A DNA stretch of 52,502 nt from an uncultured Clostridia bacterium (GTDB lineage Bacteria; Bacillota; Clostridia; Christensenellales; UBA1242), in the NCBI GenBank assembly GCA_947168085.1, contig CAMVKM010000002.1, forward strand, positions 1 through 52,502, given 5' to 3'. This document shows positions 16,310-31,300 of the stretch, one piece after another (the stretch's first letter is position 1; each line of letters starts with the position of its first letter). Under the pieces are notes generated by a model, which made no database searches, had not been told where the DNA came from, and was given only the letters and a program-made list of their open reading frames with translations. The position numbers were made by a program, and so were the translations under genes.

Positions 16310-19300
16310 TTAATTGTAATTAGAATATTTATAACCCAACAGTTTATATCGTTCAAAAAACTTGTGCCATTCTTCAATCAATTCATCTTTTTCTTCTTTA
16401 CTGATTTCTTGTTTTTGCGTTGTAGCGAAGTTTCCGTTTCTATCTTTCAAAAGTTTTCCAGAACCTTTACAAAGTGGGCAATCAATATGACCACTTCCAT
16501 CCACTTTGCCTTGCCACAAATCATCCCAAGCTCCGCCATGACCTCCACAACCAGAACAACCCACAGTGTCAATAACTGAGGATATTTTACCATTACCCCA
16601 ACATTCATCACAAACAACCTGGCCTTTTACAATAGCTGCCCCATTTTGACATATTTGCCCAATCCATTCACTGCACAGCATACAATCAATTTCCACATAA
16701 TCCTTAAGAATAGTTTTTGCCCAATTATTTTGAAGTATTTGAAAAACTGGACTAAAATTATGAGTATATAAAACACTTTTCATGGTTGGGTTTGCCGTTT
16801 TCATTGAACCATTACCCGTCTTGTCGTTTGTAACTAAACCTTTTGTTGCCAAATGTATTACTGAAGTGGATGCAGAACCATAATCTGTAATCGTTTCATA
16901 ATACCCTTGTTTTACTCCCTGATGTGAAGGGCCCGTTTCAACAAACACAGAATACTCATAATCGTAATCAACTGAAAGATTCCATGTTGATCGATATGGA
17001 TTACCATGCAAAATGTATTGTTGAGGAGTAACCGTCATGGACGCATCAAGTTCCATCCATCTTTGTGTTTTTGGACTGCTGCCTTGTTTTCCTGGAGTTA
17101 TTGAATATTTTTGAGTCAATGTACTGTTACATTCATAAGTTATGGTCCTAGATTCTTTCTCTTCACCATCTTCTCTTTTTAAATTATCAAAATCTATTTG
17201 CTCAGTTTGCTCTGGTTCTGTTGTTGAAATTGTTCCTGGATCTGGGCAAATTACCGTTCTTTGCAAACCATAAGTTTTAAAGAAAGCATTGTTGTTTTTG
17301 TCCCCAACTTCATCATCTGTCGCAAAAGGTGATGTTAAAGAAAATTTAAGCTTTTCAATTTTTGTTAACAAATTTTGTGTAACATCTACATTAGCTTTAA
17401 GATAAATGTAAGTTTTGCCAGTTTCCTTATCAAAAAACAAAAATCTTGTTACAACTGGATTGCTTGGATCATCTGAACTTATCTCTGTTGACGGACGAAT
17501 AGCCTGTCCAGAAACATCCTGGGCTTCAGCCCAATAAGTTGTGTTAGAATCGAGCACAATTTGTTGTTCACTGTCTGCATAGTTGTATGGATTTGTTATT
17601 GGAATTTTTACTCCTGCTATGTACTCATAATCAAAAGCATACAAATAAGGTGTTATGGTGTAAGTTTTTGTTAGTCCACCTTCTGAAACTCCTTTAATCT
17701 CCAATCCATTATCCTCAGGCTTTACTTCTACAGCCTCACTCCCATACACAAAGTAAGTGTCATCTTCATCATTTTCTGCATCAACACTATAATTGTCATC
17801 ACCTTGATTGTCTGGATTGTAAGCGTACACAACACTAGTGATTGGCTCTTCCTTATCATCTAAGAAGAACGCAATAACTCCACCAGCACCCAATGATTTT
17901 GGTTCATAATCGATGAAATCTTTTGGAACGATGTAATTTATCTTTTCACCTTCACCTTCGGTTTGAAGATCTGTTGTGTCTAGCGAAGGAAGAAACTCGT
18001 CAACACAATTAACATCAAATTGAGTTTCATAGAAATAACCAATTTCATAATCAGAATTTTTTGGAATTACACTTATCACAACAACATTACGACCAATTTG
18101 GAACTTTCCGTAGTTTACTCTTAGACCTTGTTCTGTGTTTGCCTCAGAAATAAGTGTGTAGTCAAACAAACCACCTGCCAATGCTTTGTAGGTGTTTGTT
18201 GTGGCTGTGTCTTTTTCACCCAAAGCCAAAAAGTTTGAAAGTCCAGTTATGGTGTCGTATTTTGATTTTGAATCTGAAATAACTCTAAGAATATCATCTT
18301 TTGACACATTGAGTGCATCAAGAGATGATGGATTGATTGTGTAGATTGCGCTTTGAGCCCTTTGAAGATTGATTGTGCTTTCACCAGAAATGATTTCTGA
18401 ATCTTGATAAGCAAAACCTTCAACTGGGTTGTCTTTGTAGGCAGTGTCATTAATTGTTTGTTGCCTTAGCGCAACTTTTACGCCCAAGTTGTTGTTGTAG
18501 GCAACTTTTGTTTCAACATTTGTGATTGCTTTTGTTACTGTGTTTCCAAAAGCGTTGTAGCGATAGTTTGTGTTTCCAACATCTGTTTTCGTTGCTGAAA
18601 TGCCTTCGTTGTTAAGACCTTGAATTATGATTTTGTCGTTTTCTTGAACAAGAGAAATGTCACCCTGTCCTGTTTCTCCCACTTTTGGATTGATGTAAAT
18701 TTTTCGGTATTCAACTGTTGCTGCAACACTCCAATCGCTGTCAAAAGCCCTTGGTTTGTTGTTTGAAGCGGTTTTTCCTGTAAGTTTGTAGAAAGCTGTG
18801 TAGACCCCACCTGGAGAATTTTGCAAAATGGCGTTGTAAAGATTTACAACATCATTACCGCTGAAAGAACCAGTTACTGTTGCATACCCAACTCTTGAAT
18901 TTGTGCTTTCTGGATATTCCGTTAAACTTCCTGAATAGATTTCAATTAAGGTTTGAGCCAAATTGTTGTCACCCAAACTATCAAATGTTTTTCCTGTGGT
19001 TGAATCAATGCTGAAACCTGCCAATTTTCTGTTGCCTGCCAAATCTGTTATGGTAATTGCATTTGCACTGTTTTCATAAACAGCAGCAAGTTTTGAAACA
19101 TCGATGTCCCTGTCTGCATTTAGCAATTTTTTGTTTTGATCAAAGCCATATGACAGCAAAACATTTTGATTGAAATTGTATTTTGCCGAAATGTCACGAA
19201 GGTGTGAAAGCTTTAACACAAAATCAAATTCGCTTGAAAGATCTTTGTGCCCAAACACCTTTTGGTCTTTGTTGTTTATTGTTATGGTGTAGTAAGGTTG

Positions 19301-22300
19301 AATTGCAAACTGCCATGTTGTGCATGTTGCCCAATCAAGATTGTTTTCAACATCTTTAAAGAGGAATTTTTTGCCTGAATGATCATTTGAACGCTCGATA
19401 ATATCAATGATGTTGTAGGTTTTTGTGTTTGATGAAACTGAACTATCATTCAACATGTAGATATGTGGATTTTCTTGTGTTTGATTTTTGTAATCAAAAA
19501 TTGTGAATTGATAATTTACATCATCAATGTTGCAATTTGCCAATTTGTCATATTTAAAACTCATGTTTATGCGGGCAGGTTTTAAAAGACCAGATGCTTT
19601 TCCTCCAACAATGGTTTCCTCTTCTGTCCACATGCCATCTTTTTCTGCTTCCATTTTTTCAACTGTGAATTCTTCGGTTGAAATGCGGTGATAGAATTTG
19701 AAGTTGCGCAACATTGATTGACTTGTTGTCCACAAACTTGATGCCTCTGCTGTTGGTTTTACTGTGATTTGAAAACTTATGTTAACACCATTTTTGTCAA
19801 TTAATCCTTTTTCCTTTAATGCGTTGTCGATTTGATTGTAGAAATTGTGGTTTGTTTCTTGATTTTGCGTGTTTTCTGAAATTGACGCATCTATACGATT
19901 TGTGTTTCCATAATTTTTTAATGCAATAGTTTCACCAAGTTGACCTGAACTTTGAATGGTGTTTTCAAGGAAAACTTTTACTTCAAAATCTAAGTGCAAA
20001 CCAAAACCATTTATGTTGGTGTAGCAAACACCATTGTTAGTATGAAATTCATCTCCTGCAGATTCAGCAGTGTAAAGATATAAATATGGGTCCATAACCA
20101 AAATTTGTTCCCTATATTCTCTAGACAATGTGTCATTTTTATAAGTTGTTAGGTTTGTAACATGATTGTCAACTCTCATCAAATCTTCAGTTGTTAAATA
20201 TGTGAACTTACCATTAATTTCTTTCTTTAATTCACCTGTGGTGTCTTCAATAGCCCCAGCAAAATCTAATTCAATTTTTCGAACATAGTTGTATTGTTCA
20301 CCATTTGAACCTTCTCTATCAATGTTAACACTTCTTGTTTCAACAAAAGACAATTGTTTTTTGATTAGAATTGTTTTAAATTTGTTTTGTTCTGGATTTG
20401 TTTGACTGCTGTGAGATTTTTTTGCTCCTGCAACATAACTTGCAACATAACCTTGATTTCCGTTTGAAACAAATGGCACATTATTTGTTGTAGTTACATT
20501 AAACAACATAACTCCATTGCCTTCTTGGTCGGTTGACACAAAAATGTCTTGAGCAATTGGTGTTTGATAGAATCCCCAAATATTGCGAATTACATTAAAC
20601 TTGTTACCGTTTCGATCAGAATAAAGTGCATTTAGTGTTGTACTTACTTCTCCACTTTGTTGTTGCTCGAGAACTATGTCTTGAACATAATCGGTTGTTG
20701 CCGGATTTCTTCCAACAACATCAACACAAAAAGCATCTCCCATTGTGCCCGTTTTGTGCCTGATGTACTGTGATGCTTCGTTTGTGCTGTAAACACCAAC
20801 AGTAAACGTGAAGTAGCCCGGAATAAATTTGTCGACAATCGCGTTGTAAATTGCGCTTTCTTGTTTTTGAGTGCTTAGATTTTCTGCTTTTGTTTCATAA
20901 TTAAGGAAATAAGTTTTATCTAAAACAATTGATGCTCGTTTCATAAAGTTGTGAATGTCCACTTGACAATCACTTAATGGAATGTCAAGACAAATGATTG
21001 AAGGTTCTGCCTCATCATCAAAGTAAAGTGAACTATTATTAAAATCTGCGCTATTAAGCAAGTTTAGACTAGTGTTTGTTGTGTCTCGAACAATGTAAAC
21101 CTTTAACATATCAGCAATGTCTGTTGCGCCATTAACAGGAGAGCTGATGTTTTCAACAGTTAGAGTGATTTTTATGTCTTTTACAATTTCACTTGATTGA
21201 TTTGGGTTTTCCTCAACATAATTAAACACATAAAAACCACTATTTGAATCGTCGATTGTGCCTTTGTCGCTTTCAACAACAACTTCGGAAATTTTTGGTG
21301 TTGCCATACGCACTCTATGAACAAAACTTGCTTCACCTTTTCCGTTTGATGACATTAAGTCTTGTCCGCCTTCAACAGGAATCAAAACCACTGTTCCAAC
21401 CACTTGGCCAACCACCATGCAAGTTCTGCTTACGTTGTAGGTTACTTCATTTAAGCCAGCGTTTGAACTAAACATCCAATTTAATGGAATTGCAACATTT
21501 GTAATTTCAACAGACCAAACTTGTGAGTCATTAGATGCTCCTGAAATGTAAGTGTTTGAAGTTACTCTTTTTAATATTTGTGGTTTTGTGTTAGAACCAT
21601 GTCCACGCAACAAAAGATTTTCGATTAACTCTGCACTGGAATCAGCGCTTGGATCTTTGTTGAAAACTTTTACTGCAACAACTTTGTATGGTGTTTGTTC
21701 TTCTGGTGTTTGCTCTATAACAATGCGGAAGAAAATGTCTTTGCTTACTGAATTTTGATTTGCAAGCATGGTTGAAACTTTTACAACAGCATAATATCTG
21801 TTTGTGCCAGCCGCATAATCAACATCTGTTGCATCTGTCAATTTTTGGAATGCTTCGGTTTTTAACGACAAGTAAAGGTTGTAGTAGTAATTATCCTTAA
21901 TTGTATCAAAATTGTCATCTTCAGAAACAAACATAAAGTGCTCTTCGTCACCAAAAGTATTTGCTTCTTTGCTTTTTGATGTGTAGGTTGAAATTCCAAC
22001 TATTGGTGCATCAAGACCATCAGGAATTAATGGCAAATCTTCTACATTTGTGTCACTGTCCAAAATGTAACCATCACCAAAATTGTTTGCAAAAACTTTA
22101 AAGCTTAATGTGTTGTAAATGAGTTCAAGCACACTTGGTGTGATGTGAAGTTTTCCGTTCCATGTTTCTGGGTCAAGGTTTTTAAGGTTAATTGTCATGC
22201 TGTAGGTGTTATTATTACGAACAACTGATGCCTCTGTTCCAACAACAGAAACCATTGCCGGTCCATGATTTTCCCCACTTTCTTCAGGCGAATACTTTGT

Positions 22301-25300
22301 TGTGTTCACAATTGAAAAATATGGTTCTTTTTCGCCTGGAATGTAAGTTTCTTCAATGTTTTTAAAGAAGGAACAATACCAATCAAATTTTAACTTGCTG
22401 TTTTTCAAATCTTTGAAGTCAAAACTGATATTTGTAACATTTTCAAATTTTAAGTAATGAAGCATTGCATTGGTTGTTGTTTTTGCTGTGCGCTCTGATG
22501 ACATATCAGCAACAGCATCACTTTTTGCACCATAAACACGGAAATAATGTTTGCCATAGTAATCTTTAAATTTTCCTGCAAGAATAGCTTTGTCTTCGTC
22601 CAAATCATCTGGAATTGGTCTAAACATAATTGAAACATCAATGTAAATGTAGCCATCAATTGGTTGAACACTTATTGGGTAAAAACTTTGATTTTCACCA
22701 TATTTTGAATTTGCTGTGGCAAATTCTTGTGAATGCCCTAAAATATAACTTGTTGGATACTGTCCATTAACATCTTCAACCTTAAATTTAATAAACACAT
22801 TGCGTTCATTTTCATTTTCTGCCCAAGCCTCTTTTAATGCATCTTTTGTTTCTTGAGAATCAGATTCATAAATCATTTTTGTGTTTTCAGATGTTGGGAA
22901 CAAACTGCTGTAATAGCCACTGCTGTCTGCGATGCTGTCCACAAGCATAATTTCAGTGATTTTCCATGGAGCCAAAATCAATTTTTTAGCGCTGTAAACA
23001 ATAGAATCCTCATACAAAACTGGATTTATTTGAGTGACTAATGAAATGGCAATGTAATACCAACCTGTTTTAAGTTCTTCACTGTCAAACCACTTGTCTT
23101 TTTCGACATTATCCCTGCTTTCAAGAAATTCTCGCATGTTAAATGAATATAAAAGTTTTTGTGTGTCTTGGTCAAGGTAAGACATGTTAAATGTCATATT
23201 GTAACCACCACTACTTTGATTACACCATGCAACTAACTCAGTTTGCCCAAAAACGCCGTAATTGCTTGGGTCAATATCTAGTTCTTTAAGTTGTTCAAAA
23301 GTTTTGTTTTCATCATAATCAGCAACATCAACACGAATAAGTTCAAATTTAAAAGTAACTTTTGAAGTACTGTTAATGCCATTGTTCCAAAGTCTTGTGT
23401 CTTGAGCATAATACTTATTAAATTTGTAGTTAAAGTCAACCTTGCCAGATGTGGTGTCCCAATTCATTCCTGGGTGATCATCCTCTGAAACAACACAATC
23501 AAGTTCTGTTTCCCAAACAAATTCATTGCTTGCAACATTAATTCCGCTTGTTGTTTGAATGTCTGTAATCAAAGGTGTGTCAATCCAGCCACTTTTGTTA
23601 ACAAAACGAGCGTCAGAAACTCTTAAAAACATTTCTATTGTGTTTGCATTGCTTGATGTGCTGTTGTCAGCCAAAAGAATGCTTCTTAAACTTATGCTTA
23701 AATTGTGTGTTGTTGCTGATTCCACATCCACAACTGAGATTGAACGTTCAATTCTTTGTTTGTTTACATAAATAATGAAATAATAACTGTCTGATTTGTT
23801 GCCTTTCATTCTTGTGTTGTCTGTGAATGACCAAGAAAGTTCTCCATAACTTGGACTTTGTCTGTTAGTGTTTAAAACAACTGAATTTATGTAAAGATTT
23901 CCAACCATGTCAAGAATGTCCCAGTATTCAAAATTACTTTCGTCCACATCAACAAGGTCTAATTGTGTTGCATAAACATCAAAGTAAACATAAGAATTGC
24001 CTAAACTTGATTCAGCAAACTCATCAAAAAATGGTTTTTCTTCAAAGTTTTCATTTGCTTGCATTACTATTGATTCAGGTTCTTCACCCCTTAACACATC
24101 AACAAAAGTTGTGTTAAAGTTGTAGGTGTCAACAATTTCATCTGTTGTGTAGATGTAATTAAGAGCATTGAACTCTAACACCATGTAACTAATGTTTGTT
24201 TTTGGATCAACTTTTGGCATAATGCTAAACAGTGAGTGAATGTGACCGGAAACATCAATTTTTGAAGTTTTTCTTGCAGCATCAACATCAACAAGTTCAT
24301 ACAAAATTTCAAAAATGTCATCATTGTCTGGATCAACATAACTAACTTTTACATAAGCATCAAATGTGTTTGTGCTGTCCTTTAATGCATCTACACTTTT
24401 AAATGAAATTTGATAGTGCAACATTGTGTCTAAAATTGGGTCTAGCAAAATTGTGTAGAGTTTTGTTCCTGTTACATAACCAGAAATGTCATCATCAACA
24501 CCATTTCCATCATAGTCAAACCATGTGTAACCCAACTTGTCGCGAGTTTCATAAATGTAACCATCATTTATGTCATCAGTTTTTTGCAAAACTGTTGAGT
24601 GAATTGTTTTGATGTAGTGTTTGTAAGTGATTGCATGAGTTTCGTTAAGGTCACTGTTTAAAACAAACTCACTTAAATCAGCAAGTGTCGAAAGCCATTT
24701 TGTTTTAAATGTGTAATTTCCATAATTCATGTCTGCAATGTGTTTTAACATCATTTGATAAACAGAAACATTTGCAACAACATTTCCATTGCCATCGTCT
24801 TGAGTTTCTGCTCTTTCTTTCCAAACAACATCACCATTTTCATCAATGCAGTAAATTTCATAAATTACGCCAATTTCACTAATGCCATGTTCAATCAAAA
24901 GATCAGTTAATGTGTCAAAACCATCAGTTGTTCTAATTTCCGTTGCAGGTCTATCTTCATCAATTGTTGTCATGTGACGATTGTAAATTGTTATGGTGCT
25001 TTGTGCTCCACCAAAATCATAATCAAACAAATCACTGTTTGCATAGTAAACTCCATCACCTTTTGCAACAATTTTTAAGGTGTAAACACCTGGAGTGAGT
25101 TCATTTGTTGTGTTTGATTTGTTTCCTGTTAAGGTAAGTTTTTTAACTAAAGAGCCTTGTTTGTAGAAGTATACTTCATATCCCATAATTTCATCAGGTT
25201 CTTCAGCTTCCGAAAGTCCTCTTGTTACTGCTTTTGCGTTAAAATATCCACTTAACAAATGTTCGTTTAAAATTGCAATATAGCTTTGGTCATAAATTGG

Positions 25301-28300
25301 TTCACCAAAAGATTCACTTGTTTCGTCAGAATTTACTGCAAGAATATAGCTGTCCACAACAACATCAATGTATCTTAAAGCATTACTAAGTTCAATTTTT
25401 CTGTTGTTAACAAACTCTGTTCCAACAGAGTCTCCAGTTCTCATAAATTCATTTGCAATAGCTGGAAGAACTGTTACATAAACTTTGAAATCACCTGAAT
25501 CAACATTTTCAAAATAATCAAACACATTAAGTTGAACATGCGCAACAGAACTATCTTGTTCATCAATCACATAAAAACTTGTTGTTCCATCAAAGTAAAT
25601 AATACTGTAACGAGCATCGCTAATTACGCTACTGTAAGCAAAGTAAGCAGCATAAACTGGTCTTTCATCACCGCCAACCGTTTCTGTTGCCAAAACTTGA
25701 GCTTCTTCTCTAATCAAAACATTGTTTTCAACAATATCTTTTTTAACTTCAACTTTTAATATTGATCTTGTTAAATCATCATCTGCCATATCAAAAGTCA
25801 AGGTTTTTGTTCTTGAACCATCATTTGAGTTGTAAGTGTAGTTGTAATTAAGATTAGAAACATGACCCGCTTTATCAAAAATTCTAAGTTCAGCCCTCGT
25901 TTCATTGTCCGCCATAGAACCAGTCATTGTGTAAGAAGAATTTAAGTTTTCTTGCTTGTCTGTAGCAACACTTGCCCAAAGATAATACAAGCCTTTTGAT
26001 GGAGGATTTGCACTGTTTTGAAGAGATTCAATCCAGCTTGAAATGTCACAAACATAATAAATTTGCTCATTTTCAATCAAAATGTCAACAAGCAAAGGAT
26101 CAACAAATTCATTTAATTTGTCGCTTCTTAAAACACTTGTTTGATTTGCATCTAAAAGTGTTGGAACTCTAACTTCAATTTTATCTTCTGCGTTACTTGC
26201 TTCTCCTGTTGCTCTGTTTACATCAAGATTTGTTACACTTGATTGCGCAAGATAGAAATTGTAAAGCGTTGCATAGTAGTTTTCACTTGAATCTTGAGTT
26301 GCTTTCCATTTAAGTATGTAGGTTACTTCATCTGGGCAATCAATTTCAAGCCAAACATTAGAATTTATGACAATAGGAAGAAAAACTTCTGCTTGCAAAG
26401 TTTTATCGTTGTAAATTTGGTGAGTTGTTCCCAATTCATCAACAACAGCAAAGTTTGAAACAGACATTGTTGCCATTCCATTTCTGTATCTTCTGTCTAT
26501 TTCACTTAAGAACAAACTTGTTTTTCCATCAGTTGTTGCAAAAACGCTGTTATTTGCTGTTGAATATGGAGTTGATTCAATTCCTTCCTGAATCACTGAC
26601 ACAACATAATGTTCGTGTTTTTTGTAGTTGTTTGGCAAAAGTTGTGTTGAAATTTTAGAGAATGGATCATCCCATGAAAGATAGTAACCATCACTAACAT
26701 CATCAAAACTAATGTCTAAATCAAAGTTTTGAAAGTCTTGTGAACCAACATGGAAAATTTGATAAACAATTGTTGAGTAACCTATTGTTGCCACATTTGA
26801 TTTTGAAAAAACAATAACGCCATAAATTTTTGTGCTGTCATTAACATCAAAATCGTCAATCACAAAATAATTGTTCTCTGTTAAAATCCAAAAATCTGAA
26901 AGACCAAGATAGTCGTCATAACTTTCATTTGCAAAAAGTAGATTTGTGTCAATATAAAGTTTGTCAGACACATTTGTTAATGTTTCACGACCAGTGTTGT
27001 CTTGGCAACGAAGTTCATAAGTGTTTGTTGTTAAATCCCAAACATAGTAAGCATAACCATAAGTTGCATTTGACACTTCACCCCAACTTACATTTGCCCC
27101 ATGCCCCAAAAGTGGAGTGATTTGTAAACCTGCTGGAGATGGTGTGCGTGTTGATGTTACTATTGTTTTGTAATCAAACCATGAGTGTGTTAAGAAAACA
27201 AACTCTTCTGGCATGTCATTACAATCAAGCAAATCTTCATAATCTGCTTTTTGTTTGGCTTCAAAATCCATTACCCTTACGCCAAACTCAAAGTTGTAGT
27301 CAAATGTTGTCCAGTAAGCAAAAGCCTTTCCTTCAAGTTTGAAGCCTGCAATGTGCTCTATTGGAATTTCATAAGTGAAGAGCGTTGCAAATTCGCCTTG
27401 TTGTTTTTGAGCAAGATAGGTGCTTCCGTCTGCAACAAAAAGGCTTTTGTTTGTTGTTTGTTGTTCATGATTTCCAACAATGTCAACTGTTTTAATTTCT
27501 AAATCAAAACCTTTAAAATCATCTGTTAAAAATTCATTTAGCACAGAAATTTTAACCGAAACAGGATCTGTTGAATTAATTTGAGCACTTTCAACAGAAA
27601 AACCATAAACTGAATCTAAAGTTTTTGAGTAAAAGATGTAAATTGGATTAGAAAAACTGCTTTCATTAGCATATTGGTTTCCACCAAATTTAATAATCAG
27701 TTTGTAAATTCCTTCTTTGTTTAAGAACAAAGACACTGGATCAATAAGATACTTGTAATATGTTTTGCCCTCATAAGAAAAGTCGGTCAGCAAAACAGTT
27801 TGTGGCTCTTGTGATTCTACACTCATAAAGCCTGAGCCATAAACTTGTGTTATTTCAAAGTTTATCCATGCAGCTGATCTTCCGCTGTCATAATAACTGT
27901 TTGGAGTTCTTTGAATGTAAACAGCAAGTGGTCTTGTTGATTGGTCATTTGATGTTGCATAATCTTTTAAAACACTAGAGCCATCATAAAAACCAATTTC
28001 TGGTGCAGTAATTACTGCTGATTTGGTTCTAAATGTAACTCTGTATGGGTTTGATTCGTTGAAGTGTTTTTCAACTTTTCCTTTTGCAATAACAACAAGT
28101 TGATATTGTGTGTTTGCCAAGAACCCTGTTGCACCATAAAACTTTAAGCCAATTCTCTTGTCTCCAACAACCAAAGTTGCCAAAACATTGTCTCCATTCA
28201 TAGCTGTTAGTGTTCCATTAATGTCAGCAAAATCAAACTCTGCATTGTTGTAGTTTAAACTATATGAGTAGTAAGCATCTTCGCCTTCAGGTTCAACCAA

Positions 28301-31300
28301 ACTAATTTGTAGTCCAAGAGTTAAAACATCACTTTGGGCAACACCACTGGTTTGAATTTTAATGCTGTAGCCACCAGGAAGAATTTCTTGTTCTTCACCA
28401 AAACTTGTGCCTTTTATGTTTTTAAAACTTGTTTCAAAAGTTGGAATTAAAGTTGCAGATGTTTGCTCACCAGTAAATCCTTCTGCAACATAAATTTCTG
28501 GGGTGTCAAATTTTTTGCTTACTTCAACAGCAACAGACAAACTTGGTTCACTTTTTATAACACTACCATCAATGTTTTTCCAATTTTCGTTTGTTGCAAC
28601 AACAAAAATTTTGTATAAACCATTTGCAACAAGATTGTTGTTTAAGTAGTCTGCAAGTTTTGCATTAAGCAAATACTCTGTGTGTTCAAAACCAATCAAA
28701 GATTCCTCTGTTGCGCCACTACTCATGCTAAATTCACCCAAAATTTGAGCATCATCTTGTGTTTGTGTGTCATCATTGTAGTAGTAAACACTGTAAAGTG
28801 TCACAAAAGATTCTGGCTGAATTTTTTTAATTTGAAGTTGTGTTCCATTTAGTGTTACAACAGGTGCATCTAAAATTGGAAGATATTCAAAAAGTTCACT
28901 TGTTGTGGTTTCACTTTGAAGATATGCTCCACCGTCAACATTGTAGCCACACGCAAAAACTTTTGCTCTAATTTTAAATCTTTCAGAAAAAATGTTTTCA
29001 TAAATGTCTTTTGCATTAACAGTAATTCTTGCGCTTGCTTGTCCAACTGTTAGTTCACCAAGAAAAACTCCCGTTTCATCATTTTCGTCCTCATACTTAA
29101 ACAATTGAACGCAGTAAGCATCTCCTGTTCTGTTTTGCTTTCTAACAATATCCCAAGAAACGAAAATTTGTTGTGTTTCTAAATTTTGAGTTATTTTTAG
29201 ATTTTGTGGTGCTTCAAGTTTTACATTAACATTAATTTCTTGTGTAAGTTTGTTGCTTGTTCTGTTTTGAACTGAATCAAAAGATGAATATGGCCACATT
29301 GAAAATTCAATTGTTCCGGCTTTTTCAAAGAACACTTGTTCAGAGTAAAGCATGTAGTCGCCATCTTCGGTTTCATTGGATTTTGAAAGTGTCATTTCTT
29401 GAACATTTTCATAAACCCCATTTACAATATAGCGATAATTGCATTTAAAACTTGTTACATAAGCACTGGCTGTTTTTAAAAATCTCCAGTAAAATGTTGA
29501 AGTTGTTGAATCATAACTAAACCCATAAACTTGTGGCATTCTTGAATTGTCATAAAAATCTTTTGAAAATTCTTGTGAATGAATGTAGTTTTTGTCTACT
29601 GTTGTGTTTGGTAAAGCATTGTTTTCATCATAAACAGGATTGCATATGATTCTTGTTTTGGTGTATTCAGCAAGCCATGTTGGGTTTAGTTTTTGAACAT
29701 AAACCGCTGTTGTTTGTCCGTTTGCATAAAAATCATAACTTGCACTGTTTGAGTGAACTGTGCTTTCACTGTCGGTGTAAACAAATGTGTAGTTAAACTT
29801 GTTTGCATAGCGATCAGAGTAAAACATTAAATAGAAATTAAGTTCGTCATCAACATCTGTGTATTTTTTAATTGCTCTTGCTTCCACTAAAAATCTTGTT
29901 TCATCATAACCCGCACCAATGTAGTAGTGGTAAGCAACATTTGTAAGCTGAGGACTTGCTGATGTGGTAAAACCAGTGTAGCCAAGCGCTGTGATTTGAA
30001 CTGTGTTTGTTGCTTTTGGAATAACATAGTCAGAAATGTTTAATCTGTATTGTGTGTCATCACCCGTTCCACACGCTGCCAATTTAGATTGATTGTCAAT
30101 AGAAATAATGTAGCCGTTTACATTGATGTCAAAATGCTGATTGTATTCATCATAAATTGTTTCCATGTTGCTATCAAGACGATCCCAAACAACATACAAA
30201 TTGTTGCTGTTCTCTGCTTGAGATGCAATAAAAACATCAGGCACAGGAAGATAACGAACAAAGGAATAACTAACACTTTGTGAAAGTTCGCTGTCACCAA
30301 AGTTTGAATCATCTAAAGCAATTGCTTTAACAGCAAAGTTGTAACTTCCTTGTTCAAATTGCCCTTGCATTTCATTAAAGTAGTAGTCAAAACCAGATAA
30401 ACTAAGCACTCCATTTGTTATGGTTGCATTAAAGTTGGCGTTAACTTCCCACTCATTCAAATTGTTTTTAGTTTTAACAACACAATTTGTTTCATCTGTT
30501 GTGTCAACAAAAACATTGCCATCAACACCATCAACAAAAAGTTGATAACCTTTTGCATGACTAACAACACTAAACTCAAGTTTGTGCTGTGAAATGTCTT
30601 GATCTGTGTCTACAAACTGCAAATTTTGTGGTGTAGCAACAAGCACAGAGTAGTAAAATTCACATTTTTCTGATTCATCTGAATCTGTAAAGATTAAGTA
30701 ACCACCCAAAGTTTTTACGCTTGCAAAATATGTTCCTGGATTTTCACTGTTTTCTGCCAAAAATTCAGAAAGATTTAAGTTGTTGTTTGAAAAAACACTT
30801 TCGTTGTGGTTTCTTTGTTTCCTAAATGTTTTTACAACATTATTTTCGTTTTGATAGTAAATTGTTATCTCGTAACCGTCAATATCGGTTAATGCTGGAT
30901 ATCTTGTTGAACCCTCTAAAGTGTCTGTTGCGTAACTGTTTGCAAAAGGTGTCCAAGAAAGCACTTGTGTTGCAGAGTTGTAGGTTACTTCAATTGGTGC
31001 TTCGTGCTTTAGAGTTTCAAATTTAAAGAACTTTGAACTAATGTCACTTTCTGTGTAGTAGTCGCTTTGTTTTTTTGCAACAACAGACACAAGATAGTAA
31101 CCATCGGCACTTAAATCAACTGGGAATGAAACTGTTCCACCATCAATTTCAGCATACCACTGATTTGATGAGCCTGGAATTGTGAAATAGTTTCCAAGTT
31201 TGTCTTGGATAAAGACTTTGTAGCGGGTTTGTTCTTCAGCCCTCCAAGAAACATCAATTCTGTCTCCTTGTTCTCCACTTCTAAAAACTTTAAAGTCAAC

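Noticed and set aside
24484-24525. DYDGNGVDDD in giant B resembles a calcium-binding loop.
   Set aside because: It is a single occurrence, is not conserved at the aligned position in giant A (DKSIEEMGGYLD), and is not part of a repeat array.
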